This document shows, one piece after another, positions 47,701 through 56,626 of a DNA stretch of 64,000 nt. The stretch is from an uncultured Planctomycetales bacterium (GTDB lineage: Bacteria > Omnitrophota > Gorgyraeia > Zapsychrales > Fredricksoniimonadaceae): contig CAZFNI010000006.1 of assembly GCA_964520655.1 (NCBI GenBank), positions 78,790-142,789 of the forward strand. Reading direction: 5' to 3'. Below the pieces are notes generated by a model, which worked only from the letters and a program-made list of their open reading frames with translations, searched no databases and had not been told where the DNA came from. The number at the start of each line of letters is the position of its first letter. The first letter of the stretch is position 1. The translations under genes were made by a program, and so were the position numbers.

Positions 47701-50163
47701 TTGCATCAGGCCGTGGCGATGGCGCAGGAGCGATTGTATTTTTTTAAGGTGTTGGAGAAAGAAATATCGATAAGGGATCGTTTCACAAAAGCTGCTGAGG
47801 CGTATATCAACGGTGCCGATGAGGCCAGAAAGACGGCCTTCCAGGTTTTGGTCAATGAGACGACATATTGGAGTTATGCCCAGATCAAGAAATTAAAAGA
47901 AGCCGCGCAAGATGAGCAGGTCCGTCTTGAATGGGAAAGAGTTCTGGATGCGATCGAGGAGAGATACAACGGCGTAAGAAAACAAGGCCGGTTTGATAAG
48001 AATGAGGTTGGCCAGTTATTAAGCGGGACTGACGCCGCGATGGCTTATGGTTTTCCTAAGCAGATCTATAATTATATGGCGGGATTTGAATCACCTGAAC
48101 GCTTGGCGATCATCGACGGGATCCTCAGAGCCAGCAAGGATGTTCTGGCAGCGATAGGGGCGACGGACAAGGTCAGGTTGGCGCTGGGGTTGTATTATTT
48201 AGGGTATTACGATATTGAAAAATTAACATACCGTTTGAAAGGGATCTTTATTGAAGAATCGAGGACTTATAGCGTAGAAGATGCGAGAGCCCGCCGTTTG
48301 AATGCCGTTGATCAACAGCGGCTGGATGGTCTTCTGGAGGTTGCTTATAATCCTCCATTAAGGCTGGTCAATAACGTCGAACTGGATATTGATGCGGCGG
48401 CGAGAGCTCAAAAGAATATTCTCGTGCTGGATGATGATCCTCAACAGATCTCCCGTTTGGAGGGATATTTTAAAACGATGGGGTATTCTGTCGTAACAGC
48501 GCAGAAACTCGACTGGGCGAAGAAAATATTGGGCTCATCAACTCAACCGATCCATATCATTATCAGCGACATGGAACTGGAGGGGGAGAGGAATAGTCAC
48601 ATACTGCTAAGTCGGGCGCTTGAGGCATCGCATCCTCCGGCGTTCTTTCTAAGGGCGGACAATATTTTAAGCGTGCTCTATGATAACAAGATCTTTAATG
48701 AATTCATCGAAGAATATCCGGGTAGGGATATAAGCGGTATTTTCGATAAAGATGATTTTTCGCTTCAGCGTTTGGGCCGCGCGATAGATCGTGTGTTGTT
48801 TAGTGATGCCGCGATGGCTGGGTCCGCTGAGACGAAGCCCGAAGCGAATGCGGATAGGGCGATGAATGTGATACGCCAGCTTCGAGCATTGGACAGGCTG
48901 GATGCGCCTGGTCTAATGAAAGCGTTGGAAAAATTGATCGGGGCCCTTCGGGACCCTAATGTTTTTCTTGAACAAAGGATCAAGATCATTGACGGCATCC
49001 TCGCCAGGAAGAATATCAGCAAGCCGCCTAAAGCGGTTGAAACCTTAAAAAGCGTGAGACGGTTTCTCATCGATGATGACGTTAAGTTCTTGTTGGATGT
49101 TGGTCCCAGAGAAGAGGTCCTTGCGGTAGAGACAATGTTATTGGCTTTTAAGGATCCGCAGGTCGACGAGGTTGTTGAGGCAATGATGCTGCTGGGTGGT
49201 TTTTCAAAAAGAACGAAACGATACCAAAGGATATATGACATCGCCAGGCAGTTGATCGATCAACCTGTTAGACCAGATGTTCAGACGGGCTTAACAAGGA
49301 CGGAACAGCTGCAGGACATCGATCGGCAGATCACAGTATTGGAAGAAGAACTTCAAGTCATTAGGAATGATATCGCGTCGATGGAAAGTGTTGTTGGCGC
49401 GAGGTTCGAGGGGGAATTATTAAAAGTCGGACTTCGGGATAATGATAAAAGAAGAGGGATCTTAAGCAGGATCAGTGAGGAATTACAGAGTAATCCTCAG
49501 ATCAAAGGGTTAAAACAGTCGCGCGCAGATATTGAGGAACGTTTAGAGAAGCTTCGTTCGCAGCGGTTTTCTTTGGAACAGAAGATGCATGACGGCCAAA
49601 CAGCGCTTGCGGCCCCGGTTGTGACGGCTTTCACAGCGGCAAGCACTGCCCCTGTTGCTGTATCGGAAGACATCCATTTTGATACGATCGTCAAGGCAGC
49701 CAATTTCATTATGGCTGAGCGGCTGCGGCTTCGTTTAAAGATCCCTGAAGTTGCTCGTCGAGTTCGGGTGAGTTCTGAGACGGTCGAGGCATGGGAGCTG
49801 GGTAAAGATCTGTTCATTCAAGGCATCATCCACCCAGCTTTAAGACGCTGGGCGGACCAGTTGCATGTGAGCCATCAAGAAGAGTTGTTTTATGATCTGG
49901 AACAGTTGTTAACCAAGATGCGTCAGGAAGTTGTTCCAGGCGGCGATGTGCAGCAGGGCGGGGACATGGCCATGAAGGGTGGTATTGATCTAGTCCAATC
50001 CAATGATCTTACAGTGACTCGCAAAGAGGGCGCCGGCGTGAAGATGGATATTGATCCCAATGTCATTGAGCAAATTAAACGTGATGGTGTTGATGGACTA
50101 TCACCCCAGATCATCAATGTCCGACCCATTGTCGATATTCTGCGTTTTATTACCCTCCAATAA
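44725..50163 (+). CDS. Giant hypothetical protein (~1812 aa). N-terminal signal peptide or anchor, an internal receiver(REC)-like segment and an HTH-like segment near the C-terminus. No family assignable.
   Basis: Continuous ORF. N-terminal MMLLRPIIHFSVILSLLVTSVMPLSRASAAPL. REC-like NILVLDDDPQQISRLEGYFKTMGYSVVTAQ...IHIIISDMELEG at about nt 48412-48760. HTH-like KIPEVARRVRVSSETVEAWELGK at about nt 49720-49810. Many predicted coiled-coil stretches. Confidence 0.7.
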   Translation: MMLLRPIIHFSVILSLLVTSVMPLSRASAAPLSDLPKAGTMVALSQAYQPAIIRGITVHPDDPFIFDFIVDAGQDKLQGEALNMEGDKLVKYFLAALAVPEKELWVNLSPYEQERVIPEGLGQTDMGRDLLAQDYILKQLTASLIYPEKELGKNFWDKVYSQMQAKYGKSVNVPVNTFNKVWIMADQAEVFERAQTAMVTKSHLKVMLEEDYLAMNRNAAGGAEVGAFARSDRGSMALFPATPRGDGWREDKSTNSATGPALASQVIKEIILPELEREVNTGKNFAPLRQIFHSIILAGWYKNNLKEALLNQVYSDQNKVRGIDLDDKTVKQQIYEQYLKAYKKGVFNFIKDDMVEGRMVPRKYFSGGVDAAMALHPKRTTDSAMLITGLAGALLQAITVRLKRNDVKKEKKTAPSEQFRVIISKLINNIQGPDKWVMRPLYNRWEVGVTVEGWPRTVDGKSTASAEDSRMLLDISREFQQVFPDAVFAVGAQNWNLRIVYIVKTEAEAFRVKNMLNSSSVTSDMVQLLESYLKEGKAAPRSGEAAKERKSDAAMQSLPKEYVLRVKRLEKYEAHTTSQAMIDQLMRDKERLESTEKYMTGQMERGFAYDFQKKEAQARLERVQKDLIIIKKALEVWEEIRLAQIPHLSRRDIVNAFVRDFGLDYGVGGEEEAYDYSLKRDESILPFLKFLKSKQGANIPLVVINQPDGQIVDPGIQEMMGFGIDAKEALRILAVYLDPRAASVVEAVLNMTIELSGALSEKGIHAADEIAIYIINQMGLDGGDAITDSAMLGELIRDYYPLPRSTLHPLKMMDQLKARLNSRTDREWVAVSDSEDVLRRVRWDVHFSLDGQDHTLNGFLATLGLPSEFHQNLERDGGASVIIYDVNTRALTGRVHRALTALARELRADQKFNHRYSIKLTPNKDQQYFPGTLHTARIAFSVRENEPRAEKYYDSTNWMVRLRALSTNELQGLLAQEERIVREVKNGVSDSALHQAVAMAQERLYFFKVLEKEISIRDRFTKAAEAYINGADEARKTAFQVLVNETTYWSYAQIKKLKEAAQDEQVRLEWERVLDAIEERYNGVRKQGRFDKNEVGQLLSGTDAAMAYGFPKQIYNYMAGFESPERLAIIDGILRASKDVLAAIGATDKVRLALGLYYLGYYDIEKLTYRLKGIFIEESRTYSVEDARARRLNAVDQQRLDGLLEVAYNPPLRLVNNVELDIDAAARAQKNILVLDDDPQQISRLEGYFKTMGYSVVTAQKLDWAKKILGSSTQPIHIIISDMELEGERNSHILLSRALEASHPPAFFLRADNILSVLYDNKIFNEFIEEYPGRDISGIFDKDDFSLQRLGRAIDRVLFSDAAMAGSAETKPEANADRAMNVIRQLRALDRLDAPGLMKALEKLIGALRDPNVFLEQRIKIIDGILARKNISKPPKAVETLKSVRRFLIDDDVKFLLDVGPREEVLAVETMLLAFKDPQVDEVVEAMMLLGGFSKRTKRYQRIYDIARQLIDQPVRPDVQTGLTRTEQLQDIDRQITVLEEELQVIRNDIASMESVVGARFEGELLKVGLRDNDKRRGILSRISEELQSNPQIKGLKQSRADIEERLEKLRSQRFSLEQKMHDGQTALAAPVVTAFTAASTAPVAVSEDIHFDTIVKAANFIMAERLRLRLKIPEVARRVRVSSETVEAWELGKDLFIQGIIHPALRRWADQLHVSHQEELFYDLEQLLTKMRQEVVPGGDVQQGGDMAMKGGIDLVQSNDLTVTRKEGAGVKMDIDPNVIEQIKRDGVDGLSPQIINVRPIVDILRFITLQ

Positions 50164-50212
50164 ACCCTGTTTTAAATAATATTATTAATAAATAAAATGA
50201 CGTTTTTTGGTG

Positions 50213-50241
50213 TTGACAACCCACGCGGGTTCTTCTATACT
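50213..50241 (+). promoter_or_regulatory. Near-consensus sigma70 promoter of the mraZ/dcw operon (TTGACA-17-TATACT)
   Basis: TTGACA at 50213-50218, a 17 nt spacer, and TATACT at 50236-50241, 57 nt before the mraZ ATG. Confidence 0.7.
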
Positions 50242-50250
50242 CACATTCAA

Positions 50251-50276
50251 GTGGAGCAAAGTGGTGTGTTGTGGAG
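50251..50276 (+). promoter_or_regulatory. Putative MraZ operator: three direct GTGGNG repeats at 10 bp periodicity
   Basis: GTGGAGcaaaGTGGTGtgttGTGGAG between the -10 element and the mraZ start. MraZ-regulated dcw promoters in other bacteria carry similar 10-bp-spaced direct repeats. Confidence 0.6.
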
Positions 50277-50297
50277 TAAATTGTTAATTGGAGTTCA

Positions 50298-50741
50298 TTG
50301 ATGTTCTACGGCGAATATGCCCATGGGATCGATACCAAAGGCCGTTTGATCTTGCCCGCCCGCATTCGGGATGTGGCCAAAGAGAACGGCATTGAGAAAT
50401 TCTTTGTCACCCGCGGTCTGGACAAATGCATCTTTATGTTTTCCGAAGCGGAATGGCATTTGCAGGAAAACAAATTCAAAGGCCTGTCATTTACCAAGCA
50501 GCAGGCCAGGCATTTTAACCGTTTATTCTTCTCGGGCGCTGTTGAGGTCCTGCCGGACCGTCAGGGTCGTTTTATCATCCCGAGTTATTTAAAAGATTTT
50601 GCCGGCATCAAAAAAGATGCGGTCGTGATCGGTGTATCTAATCGTATCGAGATCTGGGACACCAAGACCTGGCAGGAGTTCTTTAACAAACAAAGTGCGG
50701 ATTTCGAAGCGACGGCTGAAGGGATGCTGGATCTAGCGTGA
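50298..50741 (+). CDS. mraZ: Transcriptional regulator MraZ
   Basis: Two DXXXR MraZ/SpoVT-AbrB-like repeats (IDTKGRLILP and PDRQGRFIIP). First gene of the dcw cluster. Confidence 0.92.
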   Translation: MMFYGEYAHGIDTKGRLILPARIRDVAKENGIEKFFVTRGLDKCIFMFSEAEWHLQENKFKGLSFTKQQARHFNRLFFSGAVEVLPDRQGRFIIPSYLKDFAGIKKDAVVIGVSNRIEIWDTKTWQEFFNKQSADFEATAEGMLDLA

Positions 50742-51628
50742 GCGAAACCCATGTTTCTGTCATGCCCCAGGAAGCTCTGGAATACTTAAATGTTCCCGCT
50801 GGCGGTGTGGTTGTCGATGGGACGCTGGGGCTTGCGGGACATTCCTGCTTGATCGCGCAGAAGCTGGGGCAGAACGGGCATTTGATCGGTATTGACCGGG
50901 ATGTGCTGGCCATCAAACTGGCTCAAGAGAAGCTGGCCGGTCTAACACTCCAAAAAGATCTCTGTCAGGGGGATTTCGCGGACATACAGCAGCATTTATC
51001 GGGTTTAGGAGTCACTGCGGTTGACGGCATTCTGCTGGACCTGGGGATATCCAGTTTTCAGTTGGACAATGCGGCGCGCGGTTTTGCTTTTAGCAGCGAC
51101 GGTCCTTTGGATATGCGCATGGATCCTGCGAACGGTAAGAGCGCGGCGGATCTGGTCAATGCCCTGTCAGAGGGAGAGTTGACAGCCATTATTGAGAAGT
51201 ATGGGGAAGACCGGTTCGCCAAACGCATTGCCAGGGCGATCGTTTACCACCGGGCAGAGAAACGCATCGAACGTACGGAAGAACTGGCCCAGATCGTTTT
51301 GCGGGCGCTGCCCAAAGGGTATACCCGCGGGCGCATTCATCCGGCGACACGGACATTTCAAGCATTACGCATTGAGGTTAACGACGAGCTGGGCAGTTTG
51401 CAGCGCGCTTTATCGGCATGTTTGGAAGTTTTAAAGCCTGGCGGGCGTTTGTGCGTCATCTCTTTTCATTCATTGGAAGACAGGATCGTCAAACAGTCGT
51501 TTAAACGGTTTGCGGAACAAGGGCAGGCGGTCATTTTGACCAAAAGACCCTTGGTGCCGACAGAAATAGAATGTGAAACGAATCCCCGGAGCCGGTCAGC
51601 AAAGCTTCGGGCTATCGAGAAAATATAA
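50738..51628 (+). CDS. rsmH: 16S rRNA (cytosine1402-N4)-methyltransferase RsmH
   Basis: HVSVM...DGTLGLAGHS...DLGISSFQLD motifs. Confidence 0.93.
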   Translation: MSETHVSVMPQEALEYLNVPAGGVVVDGTLGLAGHSCLIAQKLGQNGHLIGIDRDVLAIKLAQEKLAGLTLQKDLCQGDFADIQQHLSGLGVTAVDGILLDLGISSFQLDNAARGFAFSSDGPLDMRMDPANGKSAADLVNALSEGELTAIIEKYGEDRFAKRIARAIVYHRAEKRIERTEELAQIVLRALPKGYTRGRIHPATRTFQALRIEVNDELGSLQRALSACLEVLKPGGRLCVISFHSLEDRIVKQSFKRFAEQGQAVILTKRPLVPTEIECETNPRSRSAKLRAIEKI

Positions 51629-52008
51629 TGAATCTAGTCTCTTCTTTTAAGATCATGGTGTTCGCCACTGTCGTGGCGCTCATTTACACGCATATGCAGA
51701 TGCAGATCGTGGAGTATTCCTACAAGGCCAAGGAAAAACAGCGGCGCATTCATGAACTTCAGGATAATAACGGCATTTTGACACACCAGATTTTGGTGCT
51801 AAAATCAGCGAAGCATTTAGGCGAACAGTTATTAAATAAAGATGACGCGTTGCAGTTCATCGGGCGCGATAGGGTGATGACCATTAATGCCCCGGTGCCG
51901 AAAATACCCGCACGTCCGTCACAGAAACTGAAAGATGCGACCCAGGCCCCTATGTGGAACTGGCTGTCGTTTCTGTCAATACCGGAAGCACGAGCTTTCG
52001 ACCGATAA
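51628..52008 (+). CDS. ftsL: Cell division protein FtsL
   Basis: Small bitopic protein: TM helix plus a coiled coil (QRRIHELQDNNGILTHQILVLKS). Position between rsmH and ftsI. Confidence 0.75.
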   Translation: MNLVSSFKIMVFATVVALIYTHMQMQIVEYSYKAKEKQRRIHELQDNNGILTHQILVLKSAKHLGEQLLNKDDALQFIGRDRVMTINAPVPKIPARPSQKLKDATQAPMWNWLSFLSIPEARAFDR

Positions 52009-53764
52009 GAAAAAGATCGAGGCCCATTTGTACCTGCGCAAATATCCTTTTCGATTTGCATTCGTATTCATATTCATTTTCCTCGGTTTCTGTTACTCGA
52101 TCGTTTTCCTGTTCTCCATCCAGATCTTCCGTTCCTCGCACCTTTCCCGCTTAGCCCAGCGTCAGCATGAGCACTTAAAGTCGATCGATCCTAAACGCGG
52201 GACGATCTATGACCGCAACCTTCATCCGCTGGCGATCAATTTGCCGGTGTATTCTGTTTATGCGAATCCGCGTATGCTGGCTAAACTCCACAACAGCGAT
52301 GAGGTCATTTCCAACCTGGCCGCGACGCTTAGGATGAATGAGGAACAATTAAAGCAAAAAGTCAGCAAGGACAAGTTCTTTGTGTGGGTCGCCCGCATGC
52401 TGCCCCAGGCTACTTATGAAACCCTTAAAGCCAAACATTTCCCCGGGATCGGTTTTGTTAAGGAAAGCAAACGTTTCTATCCCAATAAATATTTGGCGGC
52501 GCATTTAGTCGGGTTTGCCGGTATTGACAATACCGGTCTTGACGGGTTGGAGCGCGATTATGACAAATATCTAAAGGGTAAGACAGGCAGTTCCGTCACC
52601 CTGCGCGACGCGCGCCAGCGTGAATTAGCGGAGAGAGATTATCAACCCCCGGTGGATGGATTTGATCTGGTGTTGACGATCGATGAGACTATCCAGTATT
52701 TAGCGGAACAGGCGCTGGATAAGATGTACCGTAAATATAATGCCAAGGGCGGCAGCATCATTGTCATGGACCCCAAGACCGGCGAGATATTGGCGTTTGC
52801 CAACCGTCCGACCTATGATCTGGAACAGCCCGGAAAGAGTTCAGCGCAGGCCAGGACCAACCGGGCGATCGTATTTACCTATGAACCTGGATCTGTTTTT
52901 AAGATCGTCACGGCCGCGGGCGCTTTGCAGGAGAAGGTGGTCACAGAAAAGGATGTGATCAATTGTGAGCATGGTGCTTATAAAGTGGGTAATCATATTC
53001 TGCATGACCATGAGCCGGCGGGAAATTTAACGTTCAGGGAGGTTATTGAACAGTCCAGCAATATCGGCACGGTCAAGGTGGCTCAGCGTTTGGGGCCGCA
53101 AAGGGTCTATAACTACGCACGTCGTTTCCGTTTTGGGATCAAGACGGGGATCGATCTGCCGGGAGAGGCGCGGGGTAATCTAAAATCTGTGAAGTCCTGG
53201 TCCAAGACATCCATCGGAGCTGTGCCCATCGGGCAGGAGGTCACGGTCACGCCGCTGCAAATGGTCGCCGTCATGTCGGCCATTGCCAATAACGGTGTGT
53301 ATATGCGGCCGTTCGTGGTGAAATATGTGAAAGATGCCCAGGGGCAGATCATCCAGGAGCATAAGCCGCAGATATTAGATAAGATCATGACCGATGATAC
53401 CGCTAAACGTCTTCATGCCATTTTGCAGGGGGTTGTCGATAATGGGACAGCGAAAAAAGCACAGATCGAAGGGGTTCGTGTCGCTGGAAAGACCGGGACA
53501 GCGCAGAAAGTTGTCGGGGGCGCGTATTCCCACTCGAATTTTTATGCGACTTTCGTTGGGTTCGCACCGGTGGATAATCCAAGGCTTGCCTGTGTGGTCG
53601 TTTTCGATGAACCCCATCCGATCTATTACGGGGGGCTTGTGTCCGCACCGGTATTTAAAGAAGTTGTGGAAAATGCCTTGCGTTATTTAAATGCGCAGGA
53701 AACAAAAGAGATCTCGGATATGGACGACAATAGTCCAGAGAATGAACCGCAGTACAAGGATTGA
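51935..53764 (+). CDS. ftsI: Peptidoglycan D,D-transpeptidase FtsI (PBP3-type class B PBP)
   Basis: TM anchor, dimerisation domain and transpeptidase SxxK (TYEPGSVFK), SxN (SSN) and KTG(T) motifs. The ORF-track start at 51935 overlaps ftsL; the true start is more likely TTG 52028 with GAGG upstream. Confidence 0.85.
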   Translation: MRPRPLCGTGCRFCQYRKHELSTDKKKIEAHLYLRKYPFRFAFVFIFIFLGFCYSIVFLFSIQIFRSSHLSRLAQRQHEHLKSIDPKRGTIYDRNLHPLAINLPVYSVYANPRMLAKLHNSDEVISNLAATLRMNEEQLKQKVSKDKFFVWVARMLPQATYETLKAKHFPGIGFVKESKRFYPNKYLAAHLVGFAGIDNTGLDGLERDYDKYLKGKTGSSVTLRDARQRELAERDYQPPVDGFDLVLTIDETIQYLAEQALDKMYRKYNAKGGSIIVMDPKTGEILAFANRPTYDLEQPGKSSAQARTNRAIVFTYEPGSVFKIVTAAGALQEKVVTEKDVINCEHGAYKVGNHILHDHEPAGNLTFREVIEQSSNIGTVKVAQRLGPQRVYNYARRFRFGIKTGIDLPGEARGNLKSVKSWSKTSIGAVPIGQEVTVTPLQMVAVMSAIANNGVYMRPFVVKYVKDAQGQIIQEHKPQILDKIMTDDTAKRLHAILQGVVDNGTAKKAQIEGVRVAGKTGTAQKVVGGAYSHSNFYATFVGFAPVDNPRLACVVVFDEPHPIYYGGLVSAPVFKEVVENALRYLNAQETKEISDMDDNSPENEPQYKD

Positions 53765-53765
53765 C

Positions 53766-55232
53766 ATGCGATTAGACGAGCTGTTAAAAAATATCCCCGA
53801 ACTGCACTGGCCTTTGGAAAAAGGATCGACGGAAATTACCGCGCTTAGCTGTGATTCCCGGGAAGCCCAGCAGGGGGCCCTGTTTGTGGCTTTAAGCGGC
53901 GCAAAATTCAGAGGAGTAGATTTTGTTGCCGATGTGGTCGCAAAGGGCGCGGCTGCGGTCGTGATCGCTCGATCGGAGGCGCCGTTATTAAAGAAAGAAA
54001 TTCCCGCTGGCGTCGTGATCATTTTAGCCGCAGATCCTAAGGCCTTATTAAGAACGGCCGCACGCTGCTTTTACGGCGATCCTTCGCGTTCGATACAAAC
54101 GATCGGGATCACCGGTACCAATGGCAAGACAACATTTACTTATCTGATGGAAAGCATTCTTCATCACAGCGGTGAGATGTGCGGGGTGATAGGAACGGTC
54201 AATTATCGTATCGGCAAGGAGATATTACCGGCGCCAAATACAACGCCAGGATTTTTGGACCTTCAACGCTTTTATCATCAAATGCTGGGCCAGGGAGCCA
54301 GGCATTGCGTGATGGAGGTCTCATCGCATGCGCTGGACCAGGGCCGGGTCGACAACATTCATTTTAATGCGGCAGTGTTCTCGAACTTGACGCAGGACCA
54401 TTTGGATTACCATCAGGATATGGAGTCCTATTTTTTGGCGAAGGCCTTATTGTTCAAAGGGCTTTCGTCCAATGCCGCGGCCCTTATCAATGGGGATGAT
54501 CCATACGGGCGGCGTTTGTGCAAAATGACGCAAGCGAAGGTTATCACCTTTGGCATTGACTCGGATGTGAATGTAAAGGCCGTTGGGATCCATTACACAT
54601 TGACAGGCACAACATTTGATGTTGCGTATCCGTCCGGGAAGGTTAAGGTCATAACGCGGCTTATCGGTAAGCATAATGTGTATAATATCCTTGCGGCCTT
54701 TGCCTGTGCCTATGCGCTGGGCTTTAAGATGGAGAGTGTCGTCAGGGGCATAGAGTCAATGGCAAATGTGCCGGGACGTTTGGAGGCGGTCGAGACGCGT
54801 AAAGGCTTTCATGTGTTTATCGATTATGCCCATACGGAAGACGGGCTGGTCAATGTGTTAAAAGCGTTGCGGGAAGTCAGTTCTGCCAGGATCACCACGG
54901 TGTTCGGCTGCGGCGGGGACAGGGACAGGGCCAAACGTCCTAAGATGGGTGCGGCGGTGTGCGCACTGTCTGATCATGCCATCATCACCAGTGATAATCC
55001 GCGCAGTGAGGACCCGCTTGCGATCATTGAGCAGATCGTGGCAGGGTTTAATAAAAAGAATTATGACGTCTGTCCAGACCGCAAGGAGGCGATACGCACA
55101 GCGTTGAAAGAAGCGCGCCCGGGGGATATTATTTTGCTGGCGGGTAAAGGCCATGAGGATTACCAGATCTTGAAAGAGGGTAAGATCCAATTCAACGAAG
55201 CACAGATCGTTAAGGAGTATTTAGGTGTTTAG
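53766..55232 (+). CDS. murE: UDP-N-acetylmuramoyl-L-alanyl-D-glutamate--2,6-diaminopimelate ligase
   Basis: Mur ligase fold with GITGTNGKTT P-loop and a DNPR motif (SDNPRSEDP) typical of MurE. Start chosen at MRLDELLKN. Confidence 0.9.
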   Translation: MRLDELLKNIPELHWPLEKGSTEITALSCDSREAQQGALFVALSGAKFRGVDFVADVVAKGAAAVVIARSEAPLLKKEIPAGVVIILAADPKALLRTAARCFYGDPSRSIQTIGITGTNGKTTFTYLMESILHHSGEMCGVIGTVNYRIGKEILPAPNTTPGFLDLQRFYHQMLGQGARHCVMEVSSHALDQGRVDNIHFNAAVFSNLTQDHLDYHQDMESYFLAKALLFKGLSSNAAALINGDDPYGRRLCKMTQAKVITFGIDSDVNVKAVGIHYTLTGTTFDVAYPSGKVKVITRLIGKHNVYNILAAFACAYALGFKMESVVRGIESMANVPGRLEAVETRKGFHVFIDYAHTEDGLVNVLKALREVSSARITTVFGCGGDRDRAKRPKMGAAVCALSDHAIITSDNPRSEDPLAIIEQIVAGFNKKNYDVCPDRKEAIRTALKEARPGDIILLAGKGHEDYQILKEGKIQFNEAQIVKEYLGV

Positions 55233-56607
55233 TGTTCAGGAAATATTAACAGCCACATCAGGGAAGTTGTTGTCAGGGAAAGAGGATGGCATTGTTCGGG
55301 GTTTAAGTATCGATTCGCGCCAGGTCAAAAAGAATCAGGTATTCGTTGCTGTCAAAGGAGAGATCTTTGACGGCCATGATTTCATCGCCAATGTGATTGG
55401 TTTGGGTGTGAAGGTCGTTGTTGTCCATAAACCCGTTGTGATCCCACAGCCGGGGGTTACTGTGATTTTAGTCAAAGATACGACCAAAGCGCTGGGGGAC
55501 TTAGCCCGGTCCCACCGTCAGCGTTTTAAGGTCCCAGTCATCGCCATCACCGGCAGCGCCGGTAAAACAACGACAAAGGAAATGATAGGGGCGGTCCTCT
55601 CCAAGAAATTCAATGTGTTAAAGAATGAAGGGACGCAGAATAATCATATCGGCGTGCCTTTAACGCTTTTTAAGCTGCGATCTTCCCATGATGTTGTGGT
55701 CATGGAATGTGGTACCAATCAGCCCGGCGACATTCTCTGGCTGGCGGATGTATTAAGGCCGACGGCTGTTGTGTTCACCAATATCGGCGAGTCTCATCTG
55801 GAGCGTTTGGGGACACCCCAAGGGGTGCTCAAGGAAAAATGGGTCTTAATGAAATATCTGCCTAAAGGGGCTTTCGTGATCATTAACGGGGATGACCCGT
55901 TGCTCTCTAAGGCGGCAGCGAAAGTCAGCAAGACGCACCATGTGATCCGATACGGGATCCATCGGCCGGCAGATCTGCAGGCCAATGCGGTCATCGTTTC
56001 CGGGGCGGCATCGCTGCGTTTTAGTGTGTCTGGAAAAACCGTAGAACTTCATTCCTGCGGGATCAATAATGTCTATAATAGTTTAGCGGCGTACGCCTGC
56101 GGCGACATGCTGGGGGTCAAACAATCCGCGATCGCCTCGGCGCTGGCAGGATTTGAATTCCCTCAAGGGCGCGGGCAGATCCTGCGGCTTGGCAAAGGAT
56201 GGCTTTTAAATGATGCGTACAATGCCAACCCTGTTTCCATGCGCAGCGCTTTGCAGACCCTGCAGGCGGTTTCTGTGCCGGGTAAGAAGATCGCCGTGCT
56301 GGCGGATATGCTGGAGCTGGGGCCTTTGTCCAAGCAGCTGCACGGCTCGATAGGGAAACTAGCGGCATCCATGGATGTGGATGTCCTGATCACTGTCGGC
56401 AAGCTGGCTAAAGAGATCGGTGTACAGGCGAAAAGATCTTGCAAAAGAACGCGCGTCGTTGCCTGCGCGGAGGTTGAGGGGGCCAAGGCAGAGCTGGCTA
56501 AATTGTTTGAGAATGGGGATGCGGTCTTAGTCAAGGGATCGCGCCGGATGAAAATGGAGCATGTGGTGGAATTCCTGCTGGAATCGCCGCAGGCGGTTTT
56601 AAATTAA
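55225..56607 (+). CDS. murF: UDP-N-acetylmuramoyl-tripeptide--D-alanyl-D-alanine ligase
   Basis: Mur ligase with GSAGKTTTKEM P-loop. Position after murE. Confidence 0.9.
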   Translation: MFSVQEILTATSGKLLSGKEDGIVRGLSIDSRQVKKNQVFVAVKGEIFDGHDFIANVIGLGVKVVVVHKPVVIPQPGVTVILVKDTTKALGDLARSHRQRFKVPVIAITGSAGKTTTKEMIGAVLSKKFNVLKNEGTQNNHIGVPLTLFKLRSSHDVVVMECGTNQPGDILWLADVLRPTAVVFTNIGESHLERLGTPQGVLKEKWVLMKYLPKGAFVIINGDDPLLSKAAAKVSKTHHVIRYGIHRPADLQANAVIVSGAASLRFSVSGKTVELHSCGINNVYNSLAAYACGDMLGVKQSAIASALAGFEFPQGRGQILRLGKGWLLNDAYNANPVSMRSALQTLQAVSVPGKKIAVLADMLELGPLSKQLHGSIGKLAASMDVDVLITVGKLAKEIGVQAKRSCKRTRVVACAEVEGAKAELAKLFENGDAVLVKGSRRMKMEHVVEFLLESPQAVLN

Positions 56608-56626
56608 ATAGATCGGGTGCTTATTT

